Assembly: GCA_964234715.1 (NCBI GenBank)
Contig: OZ174283.1
Direction: 5' to 3' (one strand)
DNA: 64,000 bases
From: Podarcis melisellensis
Taxonomy: Eukaryota
In this document: in pieces, positions 1 to 11,122 of the stretch
Numbering within the stretch: position 1 is the stretch's first letter
Layout of the letters: each line of letters starts with the position of its first letter
Program-made: the position numbers and the translations under genes
The notes under the pieces: model-generated
The model's database searches: none
What the model was told of the DNA's origin: nothing
The model's input: the letters and a program-made list of their open reading frames with translations, nothing else

Positions 1-419
1 CAGCGCTGGTGAATATGTTTTTTATTTAATCCTCTCTCTGTATTTTTACTTATATATTGTGACAGGATTGTAGATTTCTTGTTTATGGCTACGATGGTGG
101 TGGTGGTATATAGCTCTGCCACGCATTGCACCAATCCCCCTCACCCCACCAAATCTCTATTTGCCTTTTAAAAAATACTCTATTAATTTTGCACATAGTT
201 TAGAAAACAATAAAGCACATTTGGGGAGAAATGGTGAATAATGTTTGGATGGACAGTAGATGTAAATAATATAGATGACTAGTGTATCTTATATGTCACA
301 GAAAGAATATAAACATAGGAAATGAGCTAAAAAGATGGGGAAACTGGGACACATAAAATTATCAATATAACTCTACAAAAATCCTACCATTTCCACATAC
401 TCCACATATATGCTGAAGC

Positions 420-2390
420 TGCTGTCAAGGAGTGTGGCAGCTGTGCCCTCTTGGTATATTCAAGAAGATCTCTCCAAGCTTTCTGGCTTAATCCTACCAG
501 ACAATAATCTAACACACCATGTAGTTTTTCCTGTATAGCTGTTCTCCAAGCATTATCCCACAATTTTCCAATGTCCCATTCCTCTAATATCTTCTATAGT
601 AGCACATGCTGCCACTAGTAAAACAAAGTAAATAGTTTTATTTCTGAATTTTTCTACCTTCAAATATCGGTAATAGTACCATTTGAGGTATAGCTTGAAC
701 AGGTACTCTAAGAATATTCCTTATTTCAACAACAACAAAAATTAAACCAGAACATCTGAGACCGAGGGCACTCTCACCACAAATGAAATTATGTTCCATT
801 GAAGTTTGAAGTTCCCAGACTTCAAACTTTACTATGAATCAGCAGCATTCTGCTGGTTGAAAACACAGCAGCTTCTTGAGAACACAGACATTTTGGACTT
901 AGAAGGTTATAATAATATTTTTGGGTGGCATGCATATTTGTGGTATGACAAGGTTAAAGCTCACAAAGCCTTCAAAAATCATATTGTCAGGAAAGCACTA
1001 TATAATGTCTGGATTAGATATAAAGACTTGCTGGAAAATAAAACCCCAAGGTGGTTGTCGCCAATGGAGGCAAAGGCTGTGAAAAGGCTCAATATGGAGT
1101 CCAAATGGCCGAAATATTGGGAAATTTTGGAACAAGAAGGGGACAAACTGAAATTGCAGAGTTTTGAGAAATTAAAAGATAAAGTGCGAGACTGGCTTCA
1201 TTATTATCAAATAATGGAGGTTTATAAGATGGACAGGAAAATTGGCTTCCAGGTGGAAAAATCAAAATTGGAAACAGAATTGTTAGAATCCAATACTAAA
1301 AATTTGTCAAAAATGTATAACTTGCTGTTGAAATGGAATACACAGGATGAAACGGTGAAATCAGCCATGATTAAGTGGGCCCAAGATATTGGTCATAACA
1401 TTATGTTCGCTGCCTGGGAAAAGTTGTGGACCACCAGGATGAAATTTACGGCATGTAATGCCTTAAGAGAGAATATTATGAAAATGATTTATAGGTGGTA
1501 CATGACCCCAGTCAAGCTTGCAAAAATTTATCACTTGCCTGACAACAAATGTTGGAAATGTAAAGAAAATGAAGGTACATTCTTTCACCTTTGGTGGACG
1601 TGCCCAAAGATTAAGGCGTTCTGGGAAATGATATATAATGAACTGAAAAAGGTATTTAAATATACCTTTCTGAAGAAACGAGAGGCCTTTCTCCTGGGCA
1701 TGGTCGGCCAATTGGTGCCAAAGAAGGATAGAACATTCTTTATGTATGCTACAACAGCAGCAAGAATACTCATCGCAAAGTATTGGAAGACACAAGATCT
1801 ACCCACCTTGGAAGAATGGCAGATGAAGGTAATAGATTATATGGGACTGGCAGAGATGACTGGCAGAATCCGAGACCAGGGGAGAGAGACAGCGGAAGAA
1901 GATTGGAAGAAATTCAAGGACTATCTTAAGAAATATTGTAAAATGAATGAATGTTAGAATGACGTTGGTTTAGAAACTATGTGGTTTCCAGCTGTAATGG
2001 ATAAGTAAAAAAGATAAGAGAGACTAAAAATTAAATGAAAAATAAGGGAAAGGATTTGCTGAATTAATAAATTAGAAATTGGAATACAGAAAGGGGAGGT
2101 ATGAGGAAGTCGGGGAAATAAGTTATAAGAAAATAAGGGACTGAAATTATACTTGTTTTTATTTTTGTTTGTTTGTTTGTATTATTGTATAGTTTAGTTT
2201 TGCTTTTATAAAATATTTGAAACTTTAATAAAAATCTTTAAAAAAGAAAAGAAAATATGTTCCTTTTTTTGGCCTTTTGTGAAGACACACATAATATTGG
2301 ATTTGATTGGAGCTCCTGCAAACCCTAGCACCTAACTTTGTAAAAAGTATTCACTCCAGAATGCTGTGAACTACCAAAATAAAGAAGAAC
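420..2390 (-). mobile_element. Old degenerate L1-clade LINE fragment (ORF2 C-terminus), split by the younger L1 at 798-2250
   Basis: Minus strand from 797 downward reads GT*FHLW*ECPRSQMFW, the L1 ORF2 zinc-knuckle motif (cf. GTFFHLWWTCPKIKAFW in the young copy), followed by YFVLLVAACA- and LEEW-like remnants; contains stops. Boundaries approximate. Confidence 0.6.
798..2250 (+). mobile_element. 5'-truncated young L1-clade LINE: ORF2 C-terminal 383 aa (806-1957), 3' UTR and A-rich tail
   Basis: Open frame with CWKC..EGTFFHLWWTCP zinc-knuckle motif; AATAAA followed by A-rich tail at ~2227-2250; 13-bp TSD gaaattatgttcc (785-797) / gaaaatatgttcc (2251-2263) with 1 mismatch. Confidence 0.9.
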
Positions 2391-2748
2391 AAGGGTTCTG
2401 TCACAGTGCTATCCCTATCCCACGACTGTTTGGTGAGAGGAAATATGGGGAGTTTGAAATTCCCTGCCAAACCCCTGGGACCCTGGTTGCCCGAGCACCC
2501 AGAAAATTCCCCATGAAGGGGCCAGGCGCTCACACATTTCAGTGCCAGGGCCATAAACGCTGCATGACACCCATGGCGCTGGGCACCCACGGTCACAGGG
2601 CCCAGCTGGCACACCTGGCCTTCTGCAACACAAAGCAGTATTTGCTCAACCTCAGCTGCCATCCCAATCTGCAATGTGCCTATGAAGCACATTTGAAAAG
2701 CACAATATAAATGCTAAATATAACTATTACTATGTAAGTATTACTCAC

Positions 2749-2870
2749 ATTAGCATGGGGTCAAGAGGAGTCTCATCCACCCAAAGCCATTGATCTGTTC
2801 CCTTCTGATTTGTGAGACCGATACAAAAATTTTCGACTTGACTGTTCTGGGTATGGTTTGTAAGGAAACC
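2749..2870 (-). CDS. CLEC4A: CLEC4A-like exon 5 (CRD part 2)
   Basis: tgcag|GFLTNHTQNSQVENFCIGLTNQKGTDQWLWVDETPLDPML|gtgagt; xIGL and WxWxD CTLD motifs; 122 nt. Confidence 0.85.
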
Positions 2871-3956
2871 CTGCACAAAAATGTGAACCAAACTTTCAGT
2901 TAATTAAAATCACAGAGCAGTCTATACAGGTTAGCTGTCTTTGTGGAGCAGACATCTTTGGGGATCCTTTTGTGTCAAACAAACCCCAAACCCAAGGCTG
3001 CCTGTCGTAGCATGTAAACACCAGTGCAACTAAAGACCACAAATACAGCTGAGTGGTGGGAGATAGAAATGCTTCTTCTTCTAACATTCTGCTTCCAGGC
3101 ATGATAAATGCAGCACAAGCTTCCCCAGCCTGGAACCCTTCAGTTGTTGTTGGATGGCTCCCATCATCCCTGCCCAACGGTCATGTCGGAGGGCACCAGG
3201 TTGGGGAGGCTGACCTACGGTAGCTCACCCAGCACCACATGGAGTGGGAGAGGGAGGGAAATGGACGGCGCATGCGCACACAACTTCCTAAAAGCATCCA
3301 CATCACACAGGAGATAACAGCTGCAGTGGTAAGAAAAGAAGAGTTGTTCTATTGTCTGGAGAGGTCACTTCCTGGTTCACATGGAGAAGCTGGTGCCCAG
3401 TGAGGCAGCACTGAGCCTTGACATTTTGCGCCCCTAACAATTTTGCGCCTGAGGCCATCCCCATGCTATGCCACTGAGCTCACCTGCTCAGCTTCTGAAT
3501 TTATAATCACCAGGTCGAAGCCCTTCTTCATGCATTCTGCCCTGCTCTTGTTCCAGGTCCATTCGTCTTTGGAGAAATAGTAGCAGCTGGATCCAAATTG
3601 CTCTAGGTCCCCCATGCAACATGACAGCTGTGGTTCTGCAAGGAAAGCAGAGACAACAAGAAGCAACCTGAAATCTTGTTGCAACTGGAAACAGGTCTCT
3701 CCCACCCACTCCCAGCCCTTTTCCAGATCTTTCTTTTGCTATTTTTCATCACATTCTGTTAAGTTGTCCCACTTTTTAAGTTGCACATTCCATTTGTAGT
3801 ATTGGTTTCTCTTCAGATCGTATAAATCTTTCGCCTTTTTGGACATGCAGAATTTAAAGGGGTGCAAAGAGTGCTGCTCACAGTGTGCACACTCAACTCC
3901 ACACACACCCCAAATTCACCCCAGGGTAGCTGGGGCAACCCAGTCAGATGGGCGGG

Positions 3957-4010
<54 letters not shown>

Positions 4011-5242
4011 TTCACAACCAAAAGTGGCCAAAGCAGTGCTCAATAAGACAAAACAAAAAAGATGACAGACTCAGTAAACTAAAAGCAATAGTACTATTAA
4101 TATTCCATAAAACTACTGGGTCACACAGGGTCTAATTAGGCACTTGTCTCATTTCAGTTGTTAACTGACTCCAGAGGGCTGGAGCTGCAATCCTAAAAAC
4201 CTGGTTTCTAGTACATGCATATTAAGCCCTGGGGCAAGTGGTACTCTTAGCAATACCCAGCCGAGGAGAGTGGTATGACACAGTCCTTGGGTAACCAGTT
4301 CCCAAGTTGTTTAGGGCTTTAAAAACTAAAGGAAAAAACCTGAACTGCATGCGGTAGCAGTTAAGGCAATGTGTATCATGAAAAGAAATGGTAAATGAGA
4401 TACACACTGTGGAGGAGCTTTTACTGGTCAGACACACAAGCAAGGGAACTCCATTTCCTGCTACCAGGGCTGAACTGTGGGCAGCAGTCTGCGGAGAGCT
4501 AGAAGCTGGGACCCAGAAGTGATAGGGCAAACCAGCAGTCATGAACAAACAACAATTCCGGCCTGAACTAGGAGGCAAGGTTGAGGAGCAAGCAGCACTC
4601 AGCAGCAAAGAATAGTGAAGGATTCAAGCTCAGACTAGAGCTCAGCAATGCTTTATTTTTCAAACTAAGTGCAGCTGGAACCAGCACATTGCTGCTGCTT
4701 ACCAAGAGGGAGACTGGGAAGGACAAGGCAATGAATGCTGTGGCAGAGCCAATGCAATGCTCCCCAAGGAGGCTTAAGGGAACCTCCAGATTTGCAGAAC
4801 TGCAAAAAATTATCAGAAAAAACTAAGTCAGGGATCAAGAGTGAATCAGAAACAGTTCAGCAGGCATGGAATGCTGACTGTCTGGGTGGAAAACTGGGAA
4901 GTGGGTGGAATGGAGTATTTGGGGAAAGGGCATGGCCAGCTGCCTAGAATCCTGAAGAGGACAATGCCACATTGCAGCATTTCCTTGCAGCTCCCACTTG
5001 TGTTATGTGGTTCTCAAAACACTGGAACCAGTGCTTTTTTCTGGGGGTACTCAACAGTACACAGTAAAAAAATGAAGTGCTGTTTTATCACCACCACATT
5101 TATTATGGGAGAATACGCAACTTTTTTCTTTTGGCAGAAATGAATAAAATTTGCAGACATATTAGCCCCTCTGGAGTGGATCAAGGCAAATACACTCAGG
5201 AATTTTTATGTGAGACACATTTAAATGTTGTTGTTGTTGTTG

Positions 5243-5273
<31 letters not shown>

Positions 5274-8200
5274 TATTGTTATTGTTTTAAAAAGAAAACA
5301 CTTATATATTTAAAAAACTTTTTGGCAAACTATTCCAACTGCAATTCTGGATCAATTCCTGCTTTTAAAGGGCTCCTTTAAATAGGAGTGGCTCTCTACT
5401 TTTTATTTTAAAGCGTCTAACCTTTAGTCACATACTAAGGTGGCTTTCTTTGTTGCCCATCAGATCCTCTAATTCATAGTGACTCACCTTTTCCTTCAGG
5501 TCTCTTCAGGAGGCAATTCCATTCTGTTGATTTCTGAAACTGGCTTTTGAGGAATCCCTTCTTTGGACTTCCTTTGAGGATAACTGGGAAAAGGGAATGA
5601 ACAGCAGGACCATATAATACTGCAGAGTCCAAGAAAAAAGGCTCGGCTGCAGAAGGAGGTGTTAACACTGGGATGAACCCCCTGAACAGTCTGGAATTGG
5701 CCACCTCTGTAGTAACTCCTGAATGGATGGACATCTGCAAAAATGCCAGATCAGCTGCCACTGCCTAGTTCACTAAAAACTACAGTGGTACCTCAGGTTA
5801 CAGGTGCTTCAGGTTACAGACTCCGCTAACCCAGAAATAGTACCTTGGGTTAAGAACTTTGCTTCAGGATGAGAACAGAAATCACGCGGTGGTGGAGTGG
5901 CAGCAGCAAGAGGCCCCATTAGCTAAAGTGGTACCTCAGGTTAAGAACAGTTTCAGTTTAAGAACAGACCTCCAAAACGAATTAAGTTCTTAACCCGAAG
6001 TACCACTGTACTGATTATTTAAGATTAGTAGGCACCACTCTCTCACATAATGATGCATTCACTGTATCCTCAACCAAACCAGTGACTTCCCTTTGTCAGG
6101 AGAGCAAGTGATCTATCAAAGCGTTTGGTGCCAGATTATTTTTTTTACCTGAATGGATGGGAAACAGTGAGTGAATATGAATGAGGATTCTGTTTAATTA
6201 TGTTAGTGCACCCCTCATCACAACATGTCCAATCCAAACTTCATCAATTTGAAGGGCATTTGTCAGCTGGAGAGCTTTTAGGTTCTGTCATACTCTCTGC
6301 TAAAGGGAGAGAATGCCTACTAAGTCTACTTACATCTAGCAGGCTTTATTTCTCCCTGCTTTACTCAGAAATTTTACGCAACCATTTAGCAGAATCTTCC
6401 CCTTTCTCTTAAGTTCAGTTTGCTTTTTACTCACCAATGATGAAAACAAGAAGGATGGCGGAGAGCAACATCAAAAACCCTGACACCACCCACGGAAACC
6501 AGGGCTTGCATTTCTGGAATGTACTAAGTGGTTTTTCGCTTCCTGAAGATGCTGAAAAGTGAAAATGTCACCATTACAAAGGTAAAGGGTACTTACTCAA
6601 ATGCACTCAGTGCAAGCTAGTTAACCCTTAAAATGTCTAATCATGCTGTTGCATCACTGTTGGACTCGCAGTCACACTGGCTGAAGAATAATGACCTATG
6701 GGAAAGCTAGTTCTTTGCACTAGAAACCATATGCCAACAGCCGTCTGTAAAGTGCAACAAGACTCTCTGTTGTTTGGGGGACATAATGACTCAGTAGCAA
6801 TGACTTAGGACCATGCCTTAGTAGTAGAGGACATGTTTTGCAGGCAAAAATCCCAGGTTCGATCCCTGACATTTCCATTTAGGGCTGTGAAATCTGGAAT
6901 ATCACTGCCAGTCAGCACAGATGGTCTAGAACAGCACAGATGGTCTAGAGCAGAGGGACCCTCCCCATTATGCTGCAGCCTCCAGCCTCGGGCCATGGGG
7001 AAGATAGTTGGCTAGGGATGATGAGAACAGGGGGTTCAGAACATCTGGGGGCCCCCACACTGGCTACTGAACTAGACAGGCCAATGACATGACTGTCTAA
7101 AATAGCTTCTTATGTGCCTGCTCTGCACTTCTCATATACACAAATGCCTTGTGACTATGAATCATTTTTGAAAAATCCACTGCCCGCAGATTTTTGGGGA
7201 AGATTACAAATTCTCTATAGGCCACTTATGCAAATTGGTTTCTGAGTGTATTTCCCCATTAACTATAATTCTGCTGGGCATTAGAACATCATGCAAGTTG
7301 ATTCTGCTTGGCAGGCAGAAATTTGTGGAATGCTGGTGTTCAAAAAAGCTGACATGCACATTCGCATGTATGGAATATTGGGGAAGTGGGGCTTTTGGGG
7401 CAAAAATAGCCTTTTGTTCATTTCTCAGACCCGCTAGTCCAGAACAGATGTGCACCATTCCTGTTTTTGCCTTTGAAGCCATTTTTTGCTTGATGCTTGC
7501 CGGTTAAGTTGCACCTTCTCTAGTCTGCTTGATGAATGCTCTAAAAGGAAAAGGCTCCTTGTGCCATCTTCTTGAAGGTTACGTGTCTCCAGATGGAAAT
7601 CCCAAGAAAGGTTTTTAAGTGCCATACTTTTATGGACAAACATACAAACATGAGGTGGAAGAAAGAGACCACCTCATCCAGCAGCCATTTCCCACAGAGG
7701 CCAGACAGCCAGACGCCAACAGCGCTCTCCGCCCTCGTGTTCCCCAGACTAGTACTCAGTGGCAGACTCAAACATGGCCGTCACACCTTTCAATGGAGGT
7801 CACTTTCCCAGTTTGAATATGATAACATGGCCTTTACTGTTGTGAATTTGTCTTACTTCTCCACCTAGTGCTCGTGACTTCCACACTTCAGCCATGCACT
7901 TTGTGCAGAAGTACACTCTTGTCTGCCCCAAACCTCGTACCAGCCAGCTTCCTAAAGATGACCTTGAGTTCTGGTATTGTTAGAGATGGAGGAAAACTTA
8001 TTCATGTCCACTTTTTCCACATATCCACTTTATATACCTCTTATCATGCCTTTTCCCCAAATGAAGAAGCCCTAAGCATGATAACGTTTCCTCAGGGAAA
8101 AGGTTTTCTGCCCCCAATCTGAGTCAGCCACCCCAAGGGCCTAGGTACCATGACTATCAAAAGTTAGACCAAGCAGGCAGAGTCCTCTTTGGAGAATCGC

Positions 8201-9741
8201 TCCTTCAGAAAGCCTGCCATGACCATTCCCTTTGAGCTCTTAGGAGATTGGTTAAGACCTGGATTCTCGAGAATCAGTGGGGGGGGGATTTTTCATAGGG
8301 GAGCAGTTAGGGCCAGAGGCACCAGCTTATAAGGGATATTTGCCGGGGGGGGGGGACATCGTGCACATGAGCATCGCGCTTCCCTCCCTAACCTGGGCAG
8401 AAGCCTCCTGGGCTTTGGAGGGAGGATTTTGCTAGAACCTTTAGCTACTCTAGCTCCAGGATGATGTAGCTGAGGATCTAGCACATACTTTGAATCCTGC
8501 TTTGAAGCACCCAGTTTTGTAGCTTTCTGCTCTCTACTGCACATGAAAGATCCGATGGTGGCTGCTTACTGCCTGCCCAGGCAAGCCTAGGGTCTCTTCC
8601 GCGATGAAGCACCCCCTTTTCATCGGCCAGCAGTGGTCAGTGAAGAGCAGATGGCATACAATCCTAACCAATTTTGATTGGGCTTGTTTATGGATTTTTA
8701 TTTTGCAAGTTGTCTTGAAAGCTCTGCTGAGATCATTAAGTCTGAAGTGTAAATTTAAGAAATAACGACACCAGCCAGTAATAATAATCTACCAGAGACC
8801 ATTAAAGTGAGGCACACCTGAAGGTCTCCATCTTTCTTCTTAAGCATTTTCTAATCTCACATTTATCAGAAAGGAATGGATGGCAACCAAGTGGCAAAAA
8901 TATAAATGCACCTCCCTTCCTCAAGTTTCTCGGTGTGTTTGTTCATCTCTGACAAAGGAAGCTGCACTATTCTGATCCAGGCTGTACTGTTTCCTCCAAC
9001 TGGCAAATTCCCACATATCCCAAGAGAGTAATGGGATTACACAGGGGTCAGCAAGGTTTACCTCGCCTGGGCCAAGATCCCTCCATGGGCTGGATTGTGT
9101 GTGCGCCCGTGATTTCCAGCGTCTGCGTAGACACGGCTTCTGGCGCCATGGAAGCGAGTCCCCACGCTGCGTCGGTTTAGCGCAGCACACGGAGACTCGC
9201 CGAGCAGGTGGCTCGGTTCGTGGGTGGCTCATGGGCTGGTTAAACGACCCCCGTGGGCCACTTGTGGCCCATGGGCCTTAGGTTGCCAACCCCTGGGTTT
9301 ACAGGTTGGTTGGTTGGTTGGTTGGTTGGTTGGATGCAAGAAAGAATTATTTTGGTCCTTTGGAGTGGTTCAATCTTGTAATAAGCATTTTTTGTAATTA
9401 AAAAATAGATATAGATTGTAAGACTGCTGCCATATTTTCTAACAGCCAGCAATGTTTTCCCACTGCTAGGTTTCCATACTAAAAAAGTATACACTTGTCT
9501 GAATTCTGCCTGCTCCGAATTTAAATAGAACAGTAGATCAGAAAACTGAAAAGGTATTCTATAGCCCAGCTGTCCTAAAACAACACAACTGGGGAAGAAG
9601 CGCCCAGAGGCTCGTTTCGGTTGCCGACACCCCAGCACACACGCCCTTGCACCCCACCGGCAGATCATTACCTTTGGGTTCAGCAGATGAAGGCCCGTTG
9701 TTCTTGAACCTCACTTCAGCATAGGTGACCTCTGATGTCAT
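2749..9741 (-). CDS. CLEC4A: C-type lectin domain family 4 receptor, DCIR/CLEC4A-like (type II TM protein with ITIM); 3'-incomplete in window
   Basis: Exons 9672-9741, 6435-6551, 5488-5583, 3484-3635, 2749-2870 join in frame with GT-AG sites. N-terminus MTSEVTYAEVRFKN resembles human DCIR MTSEITYAEVRFKN, followed by TM, neck and CTLD exons. Adjacent to NECAP1 as in mammals. Exact orthology within CLEC4 not proven. Confidence 0.8.
3484..3635 (-). CDS. CLEC4A: CLEC4A-like exon 4 (CRD part 1)
   Basis: ttgcag|EPQLSCCMGDLEQFGSSCYYFSKDEWTWNKSRAECMKKGFDLVIINSEAEQ|gtgagc; 152 nt, phase 1 to 0. Confidence 0.9.
3958..4008. repeat. (TAT)n microsatellite
   Basis: About 17 perfect TAT units. Confidence 0.95.
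4225..4490 (-). mobile_element. Degenerate L2/CR1-group LINE 3' fragment
   Basis: Minus strand reads ..QFRFFPLVFKALNNLGTGY.., typical of the L2 ORF2 C-terminus. Confidence 0.5.
5227..5275. repeat. Compound (GTT)n(GCT)n microsatellite
   Basis: Direct reading. Confidence 0.9.
5488..5583 (-). CDS. CLEC4A: CLEC4A-like exon 3 (neck/stalk)
   Basis: cccag|VILKGSPKKGFLKSQFQKSTEWNCLLKRPEGK|gtgagt; 96 nt, phase 1-1, single neck Cys. Confidence 0.8.
5783..6008 (+). mobile_element. Tc1/mariner (Tigger/pogo-type) MITE, family A
   Basis: TIRs cagtggtacctc / ..gtaccactg, TA on both sides; same family at 31061, 59172 and 62226. Confidence 0.9.
6435..6551 (-). CDS. CLEC4A: CLEC4A-like exon 2 (transmembrane)
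   Basis: ttttcag|ASSGSEKPLSTFQKCKPWFPWVVSGFLMLLSAILLVFII|gtgagt; 117 nt, hydrophobic TM segment. Confidence 0.85.
6806..7115 (+). mobile_element. Degenerate tRNA-derived squamate SINE (Squam-type), apparently interrupted by a small MITE
   Basis: tRNA-like head with B box ggttcgatccc; body ctgccagtcag..agatgg; related relics at ~17115-17250 and ~19086-19400. Confidence 0.5.
9042..9295. mobile_element. hAT (Charlie-type) MITE
   Basis: TIRs caggggtcagcaa / ttgccaacccctg; 8-bp TSD ggattaca / ggtttaca. Confidence 0.8.
9304..9333. repeat. (GGTT)n microsatellite
   Basis: Direct reading. Confidence 0.9.
9672..9741 (-). CDS. CLEC4A: CLEC4A-like exon 1 (cytoplasmic tail with ITIM VTYAEV)
   Basis: ATG at 9741; MTSEVTYAEVRFKNNGPSSAEPK|gtaatg, phase 1, in frame with the TM exon. 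Confidence 0.9.
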
Positions 9742-9869
9742 TGGAAGAGTCCTTTTCAAAGCTTAAGGTGTAACTGGTGGAAAGGGATTTGTATTTGGCT
9801 TGGAGAACAGGTTACAAATGAAAGCTCGACTAAAGCAAGGGGTTTCTAACTCTCCCTCCCATGAGGTGC

Positions 9870-10130
9870 CATATTAGGAAGTCTTTGTTCTTTCAGTACT
9901 TCTTCATTTGGAAAGCTCCACAAGAGCTGAAGTGAAAAAGGAACTTCCAAGATGGAAAGGGGAAGTCCTACCAGCCCAGTCCCCCAAATGAAAAGGCAAT
10001 CTTTGCAGCGATTGGCCAGTCTCTGCCTTACCCTGGGCTCACCCCTCCCTTCCCTCAGATTGTGCCACGTTTCTGGTCAATGCAAAGTGTAAATAACGTC
10101 AGTTTACCAGAAACGAGGAAATGGAAGACA
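9870..10130 (-). promoter_or_regulatory. Putative myeloid-type proximal promoter of the CLEC4 gene
   Basis: Cluster of ETS/PU.1-like cores (aggaagt ~9876, ggggaagt ~9959, gaggaaat ~10115) within 400 bp upstream of the ATG; motif evidence only. Confidence 0.35.
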
Positions 10131-10816
10131 AGACTATATTAGGCCATCTGAAATCATGGTGCAGTTATGGGTTAGTTGAGATAAGGAGTATTTTCAAAAA
10201 CAAGTATTTTAAATCCTGTAACAAAATAAGCAATGAAATAGGAGGGCCATGTCCACAATTTTTCAATATTTACAATTAAGAAATATAGATAATTGCTTAA
10301 TGACAAAATATTGCCCATTGTGGGATGCTACAGATGTGGAAAACCTGGTAAAGCAGGAGATCAAAGTTACTGAGTAAAGGGCATGGACTTTCTATGAGCT
10401 GTGAGGTTTCTGCTACTGCACATCAAACTAAATGGGAAGAAAACCTGAACTGTGAGATTACAGCTGTCAGTGGAGGTGGCACACTGTCCCACAGCAAACT
10501 TTTAGTACTACTCTTAAATAATGTTTTGTAAATTTCTATTTTGTTGGCACTTGGACTAGGCTAAACCAAATATATCCAGGGGCAAATAATAAATGTTGGG
10601 AATATGATACATCAAATGCCAATATGCTCCCTATGTTTCAGTAATACTGCAAAATAAAGATTTTCCGGACAAATATATTGAATGAATGGTGCATTTTATA
10701 TTGTTGTACCTGCCCTGGGACCTTCAGGTGAAAGGCAGGTAGGAAACATAATGACAATAATGGTTGGGGCACATATTAGACAGTCATCTTGGAAAATTCC
10801 AAAATGCAATGATATA

Positions 10817-11057
10817 CAGTGGTACCTCGGTTTACGAACTTAATCCGTTCCGGAAGTCCGTTCTTAAACCAAAACCATTCTTAAACTGAGGTGTGCTTTC
10901 CCTAATGAGGCCTCCCACCACCGGTGCCCTTCCACCATTCGGATTCCATTCTTACACCAAGGTAAAGTTCTCAAACCAAGACACTATTTTCGGTTTTGCG
11001 GAGTTTGTAAACCAAATCGTTCTTAAACTGGACTTTTCTTAAACCGAGGTACCACTG
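10817..11057. mobile_element. Tc1/mariner (Tigger-type) MITE, family B
   Basis: TIRs cagtggtacctcggttta / taaaccgaggtaccactg; TA TSD. Confidence 0.9.
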
Positions 11058-11103
11058 TACCAGGCAAACAATATGCAGAAGGGAATTAAACTGAATCACA
11101 TTT

Positions 11104-11122
11104 GCCCACCAGATGGCAGCAC
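11104..11122 (+). promoter_or_regulatory. Candidate CTCF site between the CLEC4 promoter and the NECAP1 3' end
   Basis: gcCCACCAGATGGCAGCAc closely matches the CTCF core consensus. Confidence 0.45.

Noticed and set aside
806-1957. 383-aa ORF as a host gene
   Set aside because: It is L1 ORF2 C-terminus with a TTG start at the truncation point, a poly(A) tail and a TSD.
2340-2375. cag|cattctggagtg as the missing last CLEC4 exon (FW..)
   Set aside because: Wrong phase (gives an immediate stop) and no EPN/WND/Cys pattern follows; the real last exon is probably left of position 1.
7850-7955. Possible extra minus-strand exon in CLEC4 intron 1 (tttag..gaa|gtaaga)
   Set aside because: Ends in phase 0 whereas the next exon needs phase 1, and the peptide resembles nothing in CLEC4 tails.
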